From: a virus
Virus record (IMG/VR): IMGVR_UViG_3300042402_007915
Span: 64,001-128,000 of that record
Strand: one strand, 5' to 3'
DNA length: 64,000 nt
Shown here: positions 8,501 to 16,353 of the stretch, piece by piece
How positions within the stretch are numbered: the stretch's first letter is position 1
How the letters are laid out: every line of letters starts with the position of its first letter
Made by a program: the position numbers and the translations under genes
The notes under the pieces: generated by a model
What the model saw: the letters and a program-made list of their open reading frames with translations, nothing else
Database searches by the model: none
Told to the model about the DNA's origin: nothing

Positions 8501-11479
8501 AAGAATAACGACCTTGCTGAAATTGTAGTCCAGTCCTTTGGAACAGAGTTGATTCAGCAAAAGAAGGAAGACACCGAAGTCCATTACACGACTCACCACC
8601 TACTCTCGCATCTTATGCTGTCTCCAGAGTTAGTTCACTTTGGTCGGTGGGAGATTGGAAAGCTCTTCCAGACTGGCGAAAGCAAAGACGCGCGTATGGA
8701 CTTTACGAACTACGCCCGTGAGGGTTTGGCTGGTAAGTTTGCGTTCACTACTTGGACTAATGAGTTTCTTGCCAACAATACCTACATCCTTGTCGCTCTC
8801 GGTATGGCTTCTGCTGTAGCGTCATTCTTCCCTGCCGGTAAGCTCCTTGGAAAAGCAGGGGCGGCTGGAGCCGCTGCTGCAAGCGGAGCCGCAAACGCCT
8901 CTAAGGTTGGTAGGATGACAAGCTGGGTCAAAGAATTGCTCTTGAAGGCAGCAGACACCCTTCCAGCAAGCAAGAGTGCCAGCCTTGCTAGACTGTTCAT
9001 CACACCAAGCAAAGAGTTCAGACTAACACAGCTTATCGAAAAAGAGGCGGCAAAGGTTGCAGCAACTTCAGGACGGGGACTCGCACCAAGCATTCAAAAT
9101 CTAATCGCCCAAGGGAATATAAAGTTGGTCGAAAAGCTTTTGATGAAAGCGGTGAAAGAAGACACCGTTTACCTCAGAAGCTTGATTAAAGCGCTCAACA
9201 ACAAAGAGGCAAACGATGCTGTCGCCAGGGCCTATGCTAACTACTTTAGCGCAAGAAGCGCAGCAGTAACTGCTGGCTCTATCGATAACGCGATTGCAGC
9301 AGGAGTTCAGTTCAGGTCTGAGCTTCAGTACATCTACGGAAGCATGAAGGTTCTAGATGCACCTGCGCTCTCTATCAAAGAGGTTGGCAAGGTAATCTGG
9401 TCGAACAAAATGGGGGCGCTAAAGGCGGGAGGATTCTTTGCGGCTCGGACTGTAGGAGGAGGTCTAACGGCAGGTAGTGTTCTTGCTGCGGGTGCCGTGG
9501 GAGGTGACTTCCTTGCTATGACAGACACGGCCAAACGAATCCGAGACCAGTACCTCTACTATCTATCAAGGTTCCTAGCCGCAACTGAAGTGTCTCTGAT
9601 GGTTTCGCCTCAGGACGACAACATCTTTGCACCTCATCCGAAAGACTACATGGACCTTAAGATCGGAGGCATCCTTGAAGGCTTAAGCCGTACTGTCACC
9701 TATGCGAGCGCCTCTATCCTTCTCCAGGACAACGTAATCGCTAATGACCTTGCCAACCTTGTAACCCTTAAGGGTTTGTTTGATAAGCGAGTCGACCCAC
9801 GCGCTTGTCAGTACTCACTAAACAAATCCACTATCTGGGAAGTGTTCCAAGAGATGAGCTACAGACACCCTGGTTGGGTTTATGGCGCTCGTCCTTATGG
9901 TACCGCCTTCAGGTATACCATGTTCTTCGGAGTGCCTTCACAGCGGTACTGGAGCCAGCCAGGGAGTGATAGCTTTATCACTCGCATGAACCAGCTAACT
10001 CGTGTCCTAGAGAAAGAGGGACCTGCTAAAGAGTCCAGGGTAACAGAGCAAGAGTACAGAGAGCTGTACGGAGACAACCTGCACGGAATGACGATTGCTG
10101 ATTGGTATGCCATGAACCCAGGTATCAACCTTGAAACTGAGTTCAAGGGCGTTGCCATGAAAGAGTATCTGAAGGGAATGGAGGCTAGATTCGTGCCCTT
10201 CAGAAGACATCACCACCTGTCTGCTCATACCGACATCGTCTGGAATGGTTTGCTTTCGTCGGAGAACGCTGCATCAAATGCAATCAACGTTCATTACTAC
10301 GAGACTGGAAGCAACCCAGAAATCGCTGGTAACCAAGTAGTAAAGGCGCACAGCTTCATCCCGCCACATATGACAAGAGTTCACGATATGCCAATCTATC
10401 GTAACTGCAAGTCGGACAGGATGGCTCGTAGATACGCGCTAGGTGGCTTGATGGAGCAAATGAAGAAAACGTACAGAGGTGAAATCCTTGTCGTAGGTAA
10501 CGCTCGTATCCGCCCTTGGGATATTGCTATCCTTTGTGATAGCTACAACGACATGTATGGTCCGATTGAGGTTGACCAAGTGGTGCATACATTCAGCTAC
10601 GAGACTGGATTCGTAACCGAAATTAAACCAGCAGCAGTCGTCATCGCAAATGAGATTTCTTCTTGGCCGCTTATCGAAGCCGCAAAGATTGCTTCTCTTG
10701 CAATTGAGGACATCACTCTTAAAGCAAACTCAACCCGTAGCTCCAAAGCTTTAGCTAACGCTAACGGACTGAGCGCTCTCACCAAGGGCACCTATGGTGT
10801 AGATGCAATGCTTTCACTTGCTCGTGACTTCTCGCAGGAAGAGATAGTTACTCTTAAGAGCCGCTGGCTTTCTCTCTCTAGGAACTCTAATAGCCTCTAC
10901 AACGCTCTCGAGGAAGACCCAGAACTTGCTTCTGCCTTGAGTGAGTTGGATCCTGGAATCGCTGCGGGCTATGAGACTGCACTGGCTAGCGCTTCAGTCG
11001 CAGTGGCTCTGACTGGTACTGCTCTCGGGCTTGGTACTTTGGCTTTGGCACAAAAGAGCGGAATAACAAGCCTTGGTTCAAAGAACTTAATCACGGGTGT
11101 TGCCGGTTTGGGTACTTTGGTTGCGTCCGGTGCGCTTTGGAGCGCTTCAAACATGACGCCTCCGTCCCTAATCAGCCTCCTGGGTGGTTCAATCCTCTTC
11201 CTGCAAACCATGAAGGAGGAGAGCATGATGCTAATTCCGCTGGTAAAGAGTGGCCGCCCTATTGTCTCCGGTTTGTCTCTCAAGGACCCATCTATCATGT
11301 GGAAGAACTTCAAGGGTAATATCACCAGAGAATTTGAAGATACTTTTGACGGCCTGCAAGACCTGCAAACCCTCTTTAACAAGTACCAAACTGGTGCCTG
11401 GGAGAAGATTGTAGAAGCCTCAGAAGAGGCCTCATACGACAGACTGAAGAGCAACAGGATTGATACCAGTACGCCCTAG
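2573..11479 (+). CDS. 2968-aa multidomain baseplate hub / tail-tip protein with M23 peptidoglycan endopeptidase
   Basis: M23 motifs HLGLD, GNTITIQHGDGSVSRYMHL, IGVMGQSG, HLHLE (~4100-4735); hub-like LRPGLNVQLRVGY...GRIVDI and VGNARIRPWD...VDQVVHTFSYETGFVT; several hydrophobic Gly/Ala helices. Confidence 0.8.
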   Translation: MALSPNQLPYVVDVFTPVGEEDLYSRKDVFIINDIGLIIPPMAISIQKEDLSYTWKMLRSATTTKLPTGHGAIRIGITIPFLNNHILDFHRLLVQIRHNPFVYIENRYLRESIIPEAPSSQNMAFGVDSVNIASMNGTADAWVLQLNLSWFNYAPFGPNFLFRREWETVDVNEMNFASSSDPNGEEVPVIVRKSIGWHLPDEYGRRTPRPCITSMRYLRDDSFGTSDSETGESTPVNDFDTTIPSPMTLIDMEYVHKGFEWDLLPKISMMSRSAPSVFPASSRIYTRFYNYLQRDALKENFGIDLEGMLRDQGGNVDGYFGVWDPTRADRLETWSLHNGPRMLGASEEERKREIAIWASVMSSVRSAMFDMNGPLVVGFHLYKEVRMPAEWAKALGDMIRVKNTASQMALDEKINNPLSPEHQMDSITYQDPSTGNWYVMEKKYEGGPLSWKPKLFSQTPGNLQGLSTPIGVGGRKATFAEVSAVSGQGIATRNFPVAGSGRTLKSGELRAHLGLDLSPLSKSESTYVYPVKDGTVLKTTQYEALKGTWYWTSDSGVTEPVSAKHLSRLKVVFKTYSGFFFGEGVSPELYLLGIGDNFVGAQSYLEKGRVGSVYRCDYVGTGWEESGWFWINGPSSGNTITIQHGDGSVSRYMHLESITKGLRAGVPVSVNTVIGVMGQSGTYASNKVADFLTTNGTSEIRSLGAANENLASFGIHLHLEYEEPFRNSLCVPSRVFTYEGEVVDPGKTPSTVLVNLKQIYKHFEDRQAVTIPEDYVAPEYKEYIAEATTKAILSEDSTKPKTQTEEEQLQSVAQELEDLVEDGWANYGGSGGLGNVYEKAVFFNFRTDQASAIKLPENLVYTFQDTFLTGVSASYGAILSRIPLLGHEYPTLQHLGSNEPSYSFEFAALDTEETLDGVSSGVRNLESMRARLQKNARLFREVPNSWSCLMDTFLTRLMGSYKETDVVVDSPGEGLPSRLMMKKRMNLSRTEVGTIQGNPGASFYTVEAEETNVFETEILKNTNSQFTTIENARQTVLHKLLNLEVKDVENEALTLAIAKALAPQALDPANPMYGIIDLSNQSLLNSDLYLPGPEDSSSKPDNGSLENLVSFLMAERASGEVYSVLEETELGGLLGEFPKQPFAKAEEQYSADKNKSGIVVDLTKLTGVTLNDSFLDIKELLANNGGPEGAAAFLQMMDLHFLLKALIEKSCIVLAEDKSRASGTYPDGGFTVEEARSELYQMPITPSMWSLFTEYERVCAQRFSLDVNGFDVLEGNSEGAIATLESNANWNTFEPVKDGSEAYVNKLTIEARKAGLSVTNLHLAFDTVEILTSSAVEGAADTALGFASYIPGASLAIDRNGESEGLLGTRMFDASVKNALSEAHEFLVEGYINSIFKSAIGLTETAKAYGQEFIFRPLQALVTSSSTGYSPLDNPIGAFTKHVESSGYWGYGFHHFLGLGPNTGGLTFWAANPEDYVIVYDKSYEAGRAQVTKQIYEGVNGSMATNAFAAIASLANGSLQPFDNSNITQWNSPLEWKVTRPEEKDKVDQLKREFSSLADNILNNYNLLKLFGLEKYTNVLNNEQYLEGTEAYPDLKLPAHPFYGTVKDTGPDFYYWNVYEDGQMLDAQVVKSVEASMDEVVKNAYQSMRRFQSGEKYNPVKDPSTNYSKDVAQAAQGVILFNAEATDGNSNNPANKGRTSISFYEYEKTEQIAEFENALTGANGKEILKRHPKIPNLFGTSGISIGSEFMPDNFAPIKQQDLENLEKTLEETQSMFGSRSGYLKEKVGNPLTRGLEGTNRASTPDITGHSWTMESLQGLAKESAKDIFSQKMTMARAYPTFKLFFVEEDEIENALISLDDFHSYNGVKDFTFVESKDSPASVAVISLQNVSGVLDGTKRNVVTDLDYFDRKITKSLEKNQSHLQGDVLTEGTDYEQPFGSVVLRPGLNVQLRVGYSNDPKNLSVLLSGRIVDISWNKNNDLAEIVVQSFGTELIQQKKEDTEVHYTTHHLLSHLMLSPELVHFGRWEIGKLFQTGESKDARMDFTNYAREGLAGKFAFTTWTNEFLANNTYILVALGMASAVASFFPAGKLLGKAGAAGAAAASGAANASKVGRMTSWVKELLLKAADTLPASKSASLARLFITPSKEFRLTQLIEKEAAKVAATSGRGLAPSIQNLIAQGNIKLVEKLLMKAVKEDTVYLRSLIKALNNKEANDAVARAYANYFSARSAAVTAGSIDNAIAAGVQFRSELQYIYGSMKVLDAPALSIKEVGKVIWSNKMGALKAGGFFAARTVGGGLTAGSVLAAGAVGGDFLAMTDTAKRIRDQYLYYLSRFLAATEVSLMVSPQDDNIFAPHPKDYMDLKIGGILEGLSRTVTYASASILLQDNVIANDLANLVTLKGLFDKRVDPRACQYSLNKSTIWEVFQEMSYRHPGWVYGARPYGTAFRYTMFFGVPSQRYWSQPGSDSFITRMNQLTRVLEKEGPAKESRVTEQEYRELYGDNLHGMTIADWYAMNPGINLETEFKGVAMKEYLKGMEARFVPFRRHHHLSAHTDIVWNGLLSSENAASNAINVHYYETGSNPEIAGNQVVKAHSFIPPHMTRVHDMPIYRNCKSDRMARRYALGGLMEQMKKTYRGEILVVGNARIRPWDIAILCDSYNDMYGPIEVDQVVHTFSYETGFVTEIKPAAVVIANEISSWPLIEAAKIASLAIEDITLKANSTRSSKALANANGLSALTKGTYGVDAMLSLARDFSQEEIVTLKSRWLSLSRNSNSLYNALEEDPELASALSELDPGIAAGYETALASASVAVALTGTALGLGTLALAQKSGITSLGSKNLITGVAGLGTLVASGALWSASNMTPPSLISLLGGSILFLQTMKEESMMLIPLVKSGRPIVSGLSLKDPSIMWKNFKGNITREFEDTFDGLQDLQTLFNKYQTGAWEKIVEASEEASYDRLKSNRIDTSTP

Positions 11480-11482
11480 GAG

Positions 11483-11908
11483 ATGAAAATGCCAATTCCA
11501 GGAGGAGCCCTCCAACGAAGAATGGCATCGCTAACATCGGAAAGCCTAAGAGAAAGCCCCTCTGGCCTGCAAGCGGTCAGGGGGGTAGTCTCTAATGCCT
11601 ACTGCATTACCGATGTGTCGATCCCAGATGACATCAAATTCAAACTGGAAGAAAATCCAGGTTTAATCTATCTAGAAGTTATGCTTTTGGATAAAAGGAT
11701 TTACTACCTACCTGCGGATATAAGCCTAGACGAAAAAGAATTGATCTATGGTAACACTGAAAACATTCGGTATAGACCTGTAGAGATTCGTTTTGCTGGG
11801 AACAGCATTGAGCTTGGAAAGGTGTATTTCTTAGCAGACCCACTTAATACTCGGATTCCAGATGAACAGATGCCAAAACCTTTTGACGTCTGCAAGGGGT
11901 TAATTTAA
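11483..11908 (+). CDS. Hypothetical baseplate-region protein
   Basis: Coupled ORF in the tail operon; AGGAG upstream favours the Met at 11489. Confidence 0.6.
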   Translation: MKMPIPGGALQRRMASLTSESLRESPSGLQAVRGVVSNAYCITDVSIPDDIKFKLEENPGLIYLEVMLLDKRIYYLPADISLDEKELIYGNTENIRYRPVEIRFAGNSIELGKVYFLADPLNTRIPDEQMPKPFDVCKGLI

Positions 11909-12270
11909 TGAGACCAGCCAAAATCTTTCGACTTAATCTTTGGGACTTGGGAGAAGACGTTTCGGCGGCCATTACTCTTCTAGGGGCACCTGGAGAGATC
12001 CGCATTCAAGCCAACCAAGAGAGCTTCATGAACGTACGTCCTGACGGCCTCTCTCTTTCTCCAGGTAGAGGCAACAAGATCTCCATTCAGGGGTTACCTG
12101 CGACAATGAGATACGCAGGTATGATCCAAGCAGTACCGTTCCCGCTTTCGTTGATTCCAAGTACTGCAATCACTCCAATTCCTCAACATGTTATTGTACC
12201 GCCATTTAAGAGACTTGTTCCCTTGCTCACAAAGTTTGCAAATATCGCAAGCAAGATGGCTGGAGGCTAA
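11908..12270 (+). CDS. Hypothetical baseplate-region protein (spike-position, Pro-rich C-terminus)
   Basis: TAATG overlap; lies between hub and gp25-like genes. Confidence 0.55.
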   Translation: MRPAKIFRLNLWDLGEDVSAAITLLGAPGEIRIQANQESFMNVRPDGLSLSPGRGNKISIQGLPATMRYAGMIQAVPFPLSLIPSTAITPIPQHVIVPPFKRLVPLLTKFANIASKMAGG

Positions 12271-12271
12271 G

Positions 12272-12697
12272 ATGAGAGTTAGTCCCAAGAGCTTAGACTT
12301 GGCCTGGAGTGAAGAAGGGGACTTCTTGATTCGTGACGCTAGAGTGTATGACACGAAGAATGAGGCGGCCCTTTCGTTCATTCAGGCTCTTCGTGACAGA
12401 CTTGGGATTGAGCGTGGTTCTTGGAAGCTCTTTCCAGAAGCAGGCATCTCGATCAATAGCATTCTCGGCCGTGGCGTAAACAGAAACGCAGGAACCCTTG
12501 TCGAACAAGCCATTGCCGATGCGCTCACCTCTGGTGGGTTCTTGAACGTGAATGAATTTAGTGTCACTTCATACCCTGCAGATAAATCTACAATTGGCGT
12601 AAGGCTAAGAATTCAAACTAAAGATCTCCCCAAAGGCGTTGTCTTTGTTATAAGCTATGATACGCGAAACAACAGAGTTTCGCTTAGGAAGGTCTGA
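12272..12697 (+). CDS. gp25/gpW-like baseplate wedge protein
   Basis: DLAWSEEGDFLI...QALRDRLGIERGSWKLFPEAG pattern typical of gp25/GP46-like proteins; directly precedes baseplate J; start moved to ATG 12272 (GGAGG upstream). Confidence 0.72.
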   Translation: MRVSPKSLDLAWSEEGDFLIRDARVYDTKNEAALSFIQALRDRLGIERGSWKLFPEAGISINSILGRGVNRNAGTLVEQAIADALTSGGFLNVNEFSVTSYPADKSTIGVRLRIQTKDLPKGVVFVISYDTRNNRVSLRKV

Positions 12698-13908
12698 TGC
12701 CGACAGCACCAACTATCAAGAATCCAGCGACCATCCTTGGTGGCTTCAAGACAAGCTTTAGTCGACTCCTCGGGGTAAACGACTACACCAGCGATAGCAA
12801 ACTCAGAGCTATCACGGAGCCTCTGGCAAAAGAAATTATTGACCTGAACGAAGCTCAGCTCAATTTGTTTAATGCTAGAAACCCTACTACGGCACGAGGT
12901 GCCGACCTAGATGCTCTTGCACTTGAAGCTGGGATTAGCAGGAATCCTGCCTCGTTTGCTTTTGTGACAGCTTCAAGCAGGTGTCTTGCCTTTTACGTTG
13001 CAAGTGGAAACTTTGGGTCTCTATTTGACGGGCCAAGCTACACGATCCCTGCAAACACTCGCATCTACTCCACTCCAAACGGTAACGAAAAGAACAGCAG
13101 TGTCTCTTTCTACACGACAGAAGACGTTGTTCTCGAGGCGGCTGAAACTGTAGTGTTTGTCTCAGCTAGAGCTCAGTACGCCACCAAGGAGCATAACGTT
13201 GATGCTTATGTTCTTAGCAATCACAGCGTTTCTCTTAGCACTTTACGTGTTATCAACTTCTTCCCAATCCTCAATGGGGCCGATAGAGAGACTGATGAGC
13301 AGCTTCGATTCAGACTATCTCGCGTTGGTTCTGCTAATACTTCTCGCAATGCTGATCGTGGTTTGTTGGCTGGCCTGAGCGTTCCAGGAGTTCTTTTGGT
13401 TAAGACTCTGCCTGGCTATTATGGTCCAGGTACTAACGCTGTAGTCGTTCTGGGAACAGATATGGAAGTGTCTCCTAGTCTGTTACGTTCAGTTCAGGAC
13501 AGACTTGATAGGGACAGAGTAGCTGGAGTTCGTTCGGTAGCGGTGGGAGCAGTAAAGAACCTATTGGTTCCGGAGATAATCCTTGAGGTAAGGCAGGGAG
13601 TAACTGCCGCAGAGAAGACGGCACTACAAGCGCGCCTCATCTCTTCCCTCAAGGACCTCTGTAGAGCCCAGGGGCTTGGTGGCACAGTTTCCCTCAACAG
13701 CATTGAGGAAGCAATCAGAACGACTGCAGGGCCGTACTTGGCAAACCCGATGTCAACAAAGAAGCGGATCACAAACCTACGTAGCCAAAGGGAGACCGAA
13801 AACACAAGGTACTTCAGAAACAAGTTGGTTTACCAGGGAACGATTCAGCTCGAAGAGGATGAGTACGCAGACGTTGAGAACATTTCAGTTCGCTACGTAG
13901 AGGGTTAA
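12697..13908 (+). CDS. Baseplate J-like wedge protein
   Basis: TARGADLDALA..GISR, NGADRETDEQLRFRL, VPGV..V...GPGT motifs. Confidence 0.88.
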   Translation: MPTAPTIKNPATILGGFKTSFSRLLGVNDYTSDSKLRAITEPLAKEIIDLNEAQLNLFNARNPTTARGADLDALALEAGISRNPASFAFVTASSRCLAFYVASGNFGSLFDGPSYTIPANTRIYSTPNGNEKNSSVSFYTTEDVVLEAAETVVFVSARAQYATKEHNVDAYVLSNHSVSLSTLRVINFFPILNGADRETDEQLRFRLSRVGSANTSRNADRGLLAGLSVPGVLLVKTLPGYYGPGTNAVVVLGTDMEVSPSLLRSVQDRLDRDRVAGVRSVAVGAVKNLLVPEIILEVRQGVTAAEKTALQARLISSLKDLCRAQGLGGTVSLNSIEEAIRTTAGPYLANPMSTKKRITNLRSQRETENTRYFRNKLVYQGTIQLEEDEYADVENISVRYVEG

Positions 13909-13909
13909 A

Positions 13910-15484
13910 ATGGGAACCTTCTTACACGCAAAAGCGACCCGGTCTTTCCCTTCTCAAAGCAAAGCCGCTCGTGACATAACCTCGAACGTTAACGTTCTCT
14001 ATCAAATTCTTGCCGAACCCCTTGAGGCTGTCAGGTCCAACGAGATCTCACTGCATAGGGATGCTTTTCTCTTCAAGAACTGGTTGGAAACAGCGACTGT
14101 TTACCAAGTGCGAATCCCTACAGACGAGGCGCCAGATAATTCGCGAGGTGTTATCACTTATCCGGTCGTAACAGCCCAAGAAGGAGAATACGTCTTCACC
14201 CGAGTAAACACCGTAGAGGAGTTGCTAAAGTCACACGCTAGGGCGCTGAGGGATTCCAATTTGTTCCAGTTAGAAGAGGGGGCCTTGTATGATCATGAGC
14301 CCTTAGGCATCTGGTCCGAAGAACCTCCCGATAACTTTGAACCTACAATGATTTCGGTTGACCATGTCTTTGAGTCCCCTATGAATCTTTGGGTCAACGT
14401 CTTAGGCGGAGAAGTGCCGCTCAAGAACAGGGAGCCCCTTGCCCCTGGTAATCCTTGGGTTAAGATTGTAGGCTACAATGAAAGCTGGATTTCCGTAGAA
14501 GAAATAATTCCGCTCAGGTCCTTTGAAGCAATACAGAGTAAACATGCTTATGCCGAAATCGTTTCAATAGAGCACTCAGAGTGCGGCTACCTTAACTTTT
14601 CGGTTGGGCCTAGACCTAACAACACCGTTCCAAAGCGCCACCCATTCCTCACGGTACATGGAGAGAACAAGAGTTCGCCGCTCTATCTTCACATCGAAAA
14701 CACTGAAGACGGAGCGTTAACCCTGTACTACTTCCTAAAGACTGCCAATGACTTTGTAAACCTGGATTCGTACCTTGATGCTTACGAAGAAATTGCTCGG
14801 CAAAGAATCGAAACAGAAGGGTCGCTTGCTCTTCAGGACTATTTTGTACATCCAGAAACTGGGCACCTATACGTGTCAGCGGCAGAAGAACTTCTCTTCA
14901 TTATTGAACCGACGCTGCCCGAAGTGCAGTCTCTTAACCTAAGAGAGTCTATTAGTTATCTTTCTAGCCTAACGGCAATCATGGATGAGCAGTACGTTTG
15001 TCCAGGAGATACCGTAAGAGGAAAGACTAAGCTTGTAAATACTGCGGCTCCGATTAACAAGGTCATCATCTCCCTTATCGATCCAAGTCTTCAGGTCTAC
15101 TATCTGCAATCAGACTTAAGTTGGGATACTACTTTGTACGCTTTTGAATACGACAGGGTAACGGCAGATGCTTGGCAAGACATTCACTTCGATGTGACGG
15201 CAGAAAGTGAGGGACAGTGGGAGGTCTATGTTGAAGCATTTACCGACCGTTATATCACCCTAAGTGGAACCGCTATCGTTGCAAGTCGTACAACGGACGT
15301 GGAAGTGCTCTCTGTGTTAAGCCATAGCGGGATGGTTCTTATAGACGGAAATGAGATTGCGTTGATTGACGGAACTGATGTAACCGCCTACGAGCCACTT
15401 AAGCTTGCTTGTTTGTTTGACACGGATAACAATTCAATCTATGTAGCCGATGAGTTTGACACCATTGAGGTGGCCCATGAGTAG
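13910..15484 (+). CDS. Hypothetical virion structural protein
   Basis: 524-aa acidic beta-rich ORF in the baseplate operon. Confidence 0.6.
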   Translation: MGTFLHAKATRSFPSQSKAARDITSNVNVLYQILAEPLEAVRSNEISLHRDAFLFKNWLETATVYQVRIPTDEAPDNSRGVITYPVVTAQEGEYVFTRVNTVEELLKSHARALRDSNLFQLEEGALYDHEPLGIWSEEPPDNFEPTMISVDHVFESPMNLWVNVLGGEVPLKNREPLAPGNPWVKIVGYNESWISVEEIIPLRSFEAIQSKHAYAEIVSIEHSECGYLNFSVGPRPNNTVPKRHPFLTVHGENKSSPLYLHIENTEDGALTLYYFLKTANDFVNLDSYLDAYEEIARQRIETEGSLALQDYFVHPETGHLYVSAAEELLFIIEPTLPEVQSLNLRESISYLSSLTAIMDEQYVCPGDTVRGKTKLVNTAAPINKVIISLIDPSLQVYYLQSDLSWDTTLYAFEYDRVTADAWQDIHFDVTAESEGQWEVYVEAFTDRYITLSGTAIVASRTTDVEVLSVLSHSGMVLIDGNEIALIDGTDVTAYEPLKLACLFDTDNNSIYVADEFDTIEVAHE

Positions 15485-16352
15485 TGTAACCCCAGTAAGG
15501 ATTCCTCTCGAAACTAATCTCGACAGGAAAGGCAGCAATCTTGCTCTCTCTAGGCTACCTGGAGAGAGCGCAAAGCTGTACCGGAAAAGACTTAGGGCGG
15601 AGGCCCTTGATCCCGGAAACGGTACACTAACGGGTCTACGTAAAAGCATTGGCCGCCAAGTTGGCTTGGAGCCAATTGTTGCTCTAAGGATTACGCTACG
15701 CTTAGATGAGAACGGAAGGCCTGTCGCAGAGAAACCGGCCGTTGTAGTTGAGCCAACGCGGGTGCTCTTCTACAGCTCCTACCCTGACGTAATTGAGCTG
15801 ACATGTCTGACTAGAGACAGGGCGCACTATTACCTTCTCGAGGATATTGTCTCTGCCCTAGAGAGTAGCTCATGCTTTGAAGGAACACTTGAAGACCCAG
15901 ACCATGCCTATAAGCTTTCTTCGAAACTAAGATGTGGTAGCAATCTAAAAACAGTGAATACCTTTGTCGTTCAAAAGGTCGCCGGTCTTGAACTCGGTAG
16001 ACAATACATCGCAGACATCTTGATTGGTAACACAAACCACTTCGTCTATGAAATGGAAAGCCCTGAAGATATTGAACTAGAAGGTCAATACCACATTGAT
16101 TATCTAAATGGGGTAATCCACACACTGAGTGGTTTTTCGGGATCGATTGACTACACCTATGCAGAGTTTCCTTTTAGGATGATGTGGGAGGACATTCAGA
16201 TGCTTGAGCTGTCAAAAGAAGAAACCCAAGATATGTTTGAAGGCAAGCGGCTCGACGAAGAAACTGGTGACGAAACGTATGGCTTGCTGAACTCCTATGG
16301 GAGTAAAGTGCAAAGAGTAGTCCTCTCAAAGATGGGCAATCAGTGGGGGTAA
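15477..16352 (+). CDS. Baseplate wedge (gpI-like) protein
   Basis: LDRKG..LALSRLPGESAKLYRKRL resembles the LD..G...R..gE....YR.Rl wedge motif; start ATG 15477 after GAGGTGG. Confidence 0.55.
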   Translation: MSSVTPVRIPLETNLDRKGSNLALSRLPGESAKLYRKRLRAEALDPGNGTLTGLRKSIGRQVGLEPIVALRITLRLDENGRPVAEKPAVVVEPTRVLFYSSYPDVIELTCLTRDRAHYYLLEDIVSALESSSCFEGTLEDPDHAYKLSSKLRCGSNLKTVNTFVVQKVAGLELGRQYIADILIGNTNHFVYEMESPEDIELEGQYHIDYLNGVIHTLSGFSGSIDYTYAEFPFRMMWEDIQMLELSKEETQDMFEGKRLDEETGDETYGLLNSYGSKVQRVVLSKMGNQWG

Positions 16353-16353
16353 A

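Noticed and set aside
11477-11485. TAG followed in frame by GAG ATG, suggesting amber read-through or genetic code 15
   Set aside because: TAGGAG is explained as the RBS of the next gene; ORFs tile the window in the standard code and TAG ends several genes cleanly (15484, 63855 before a terminator)
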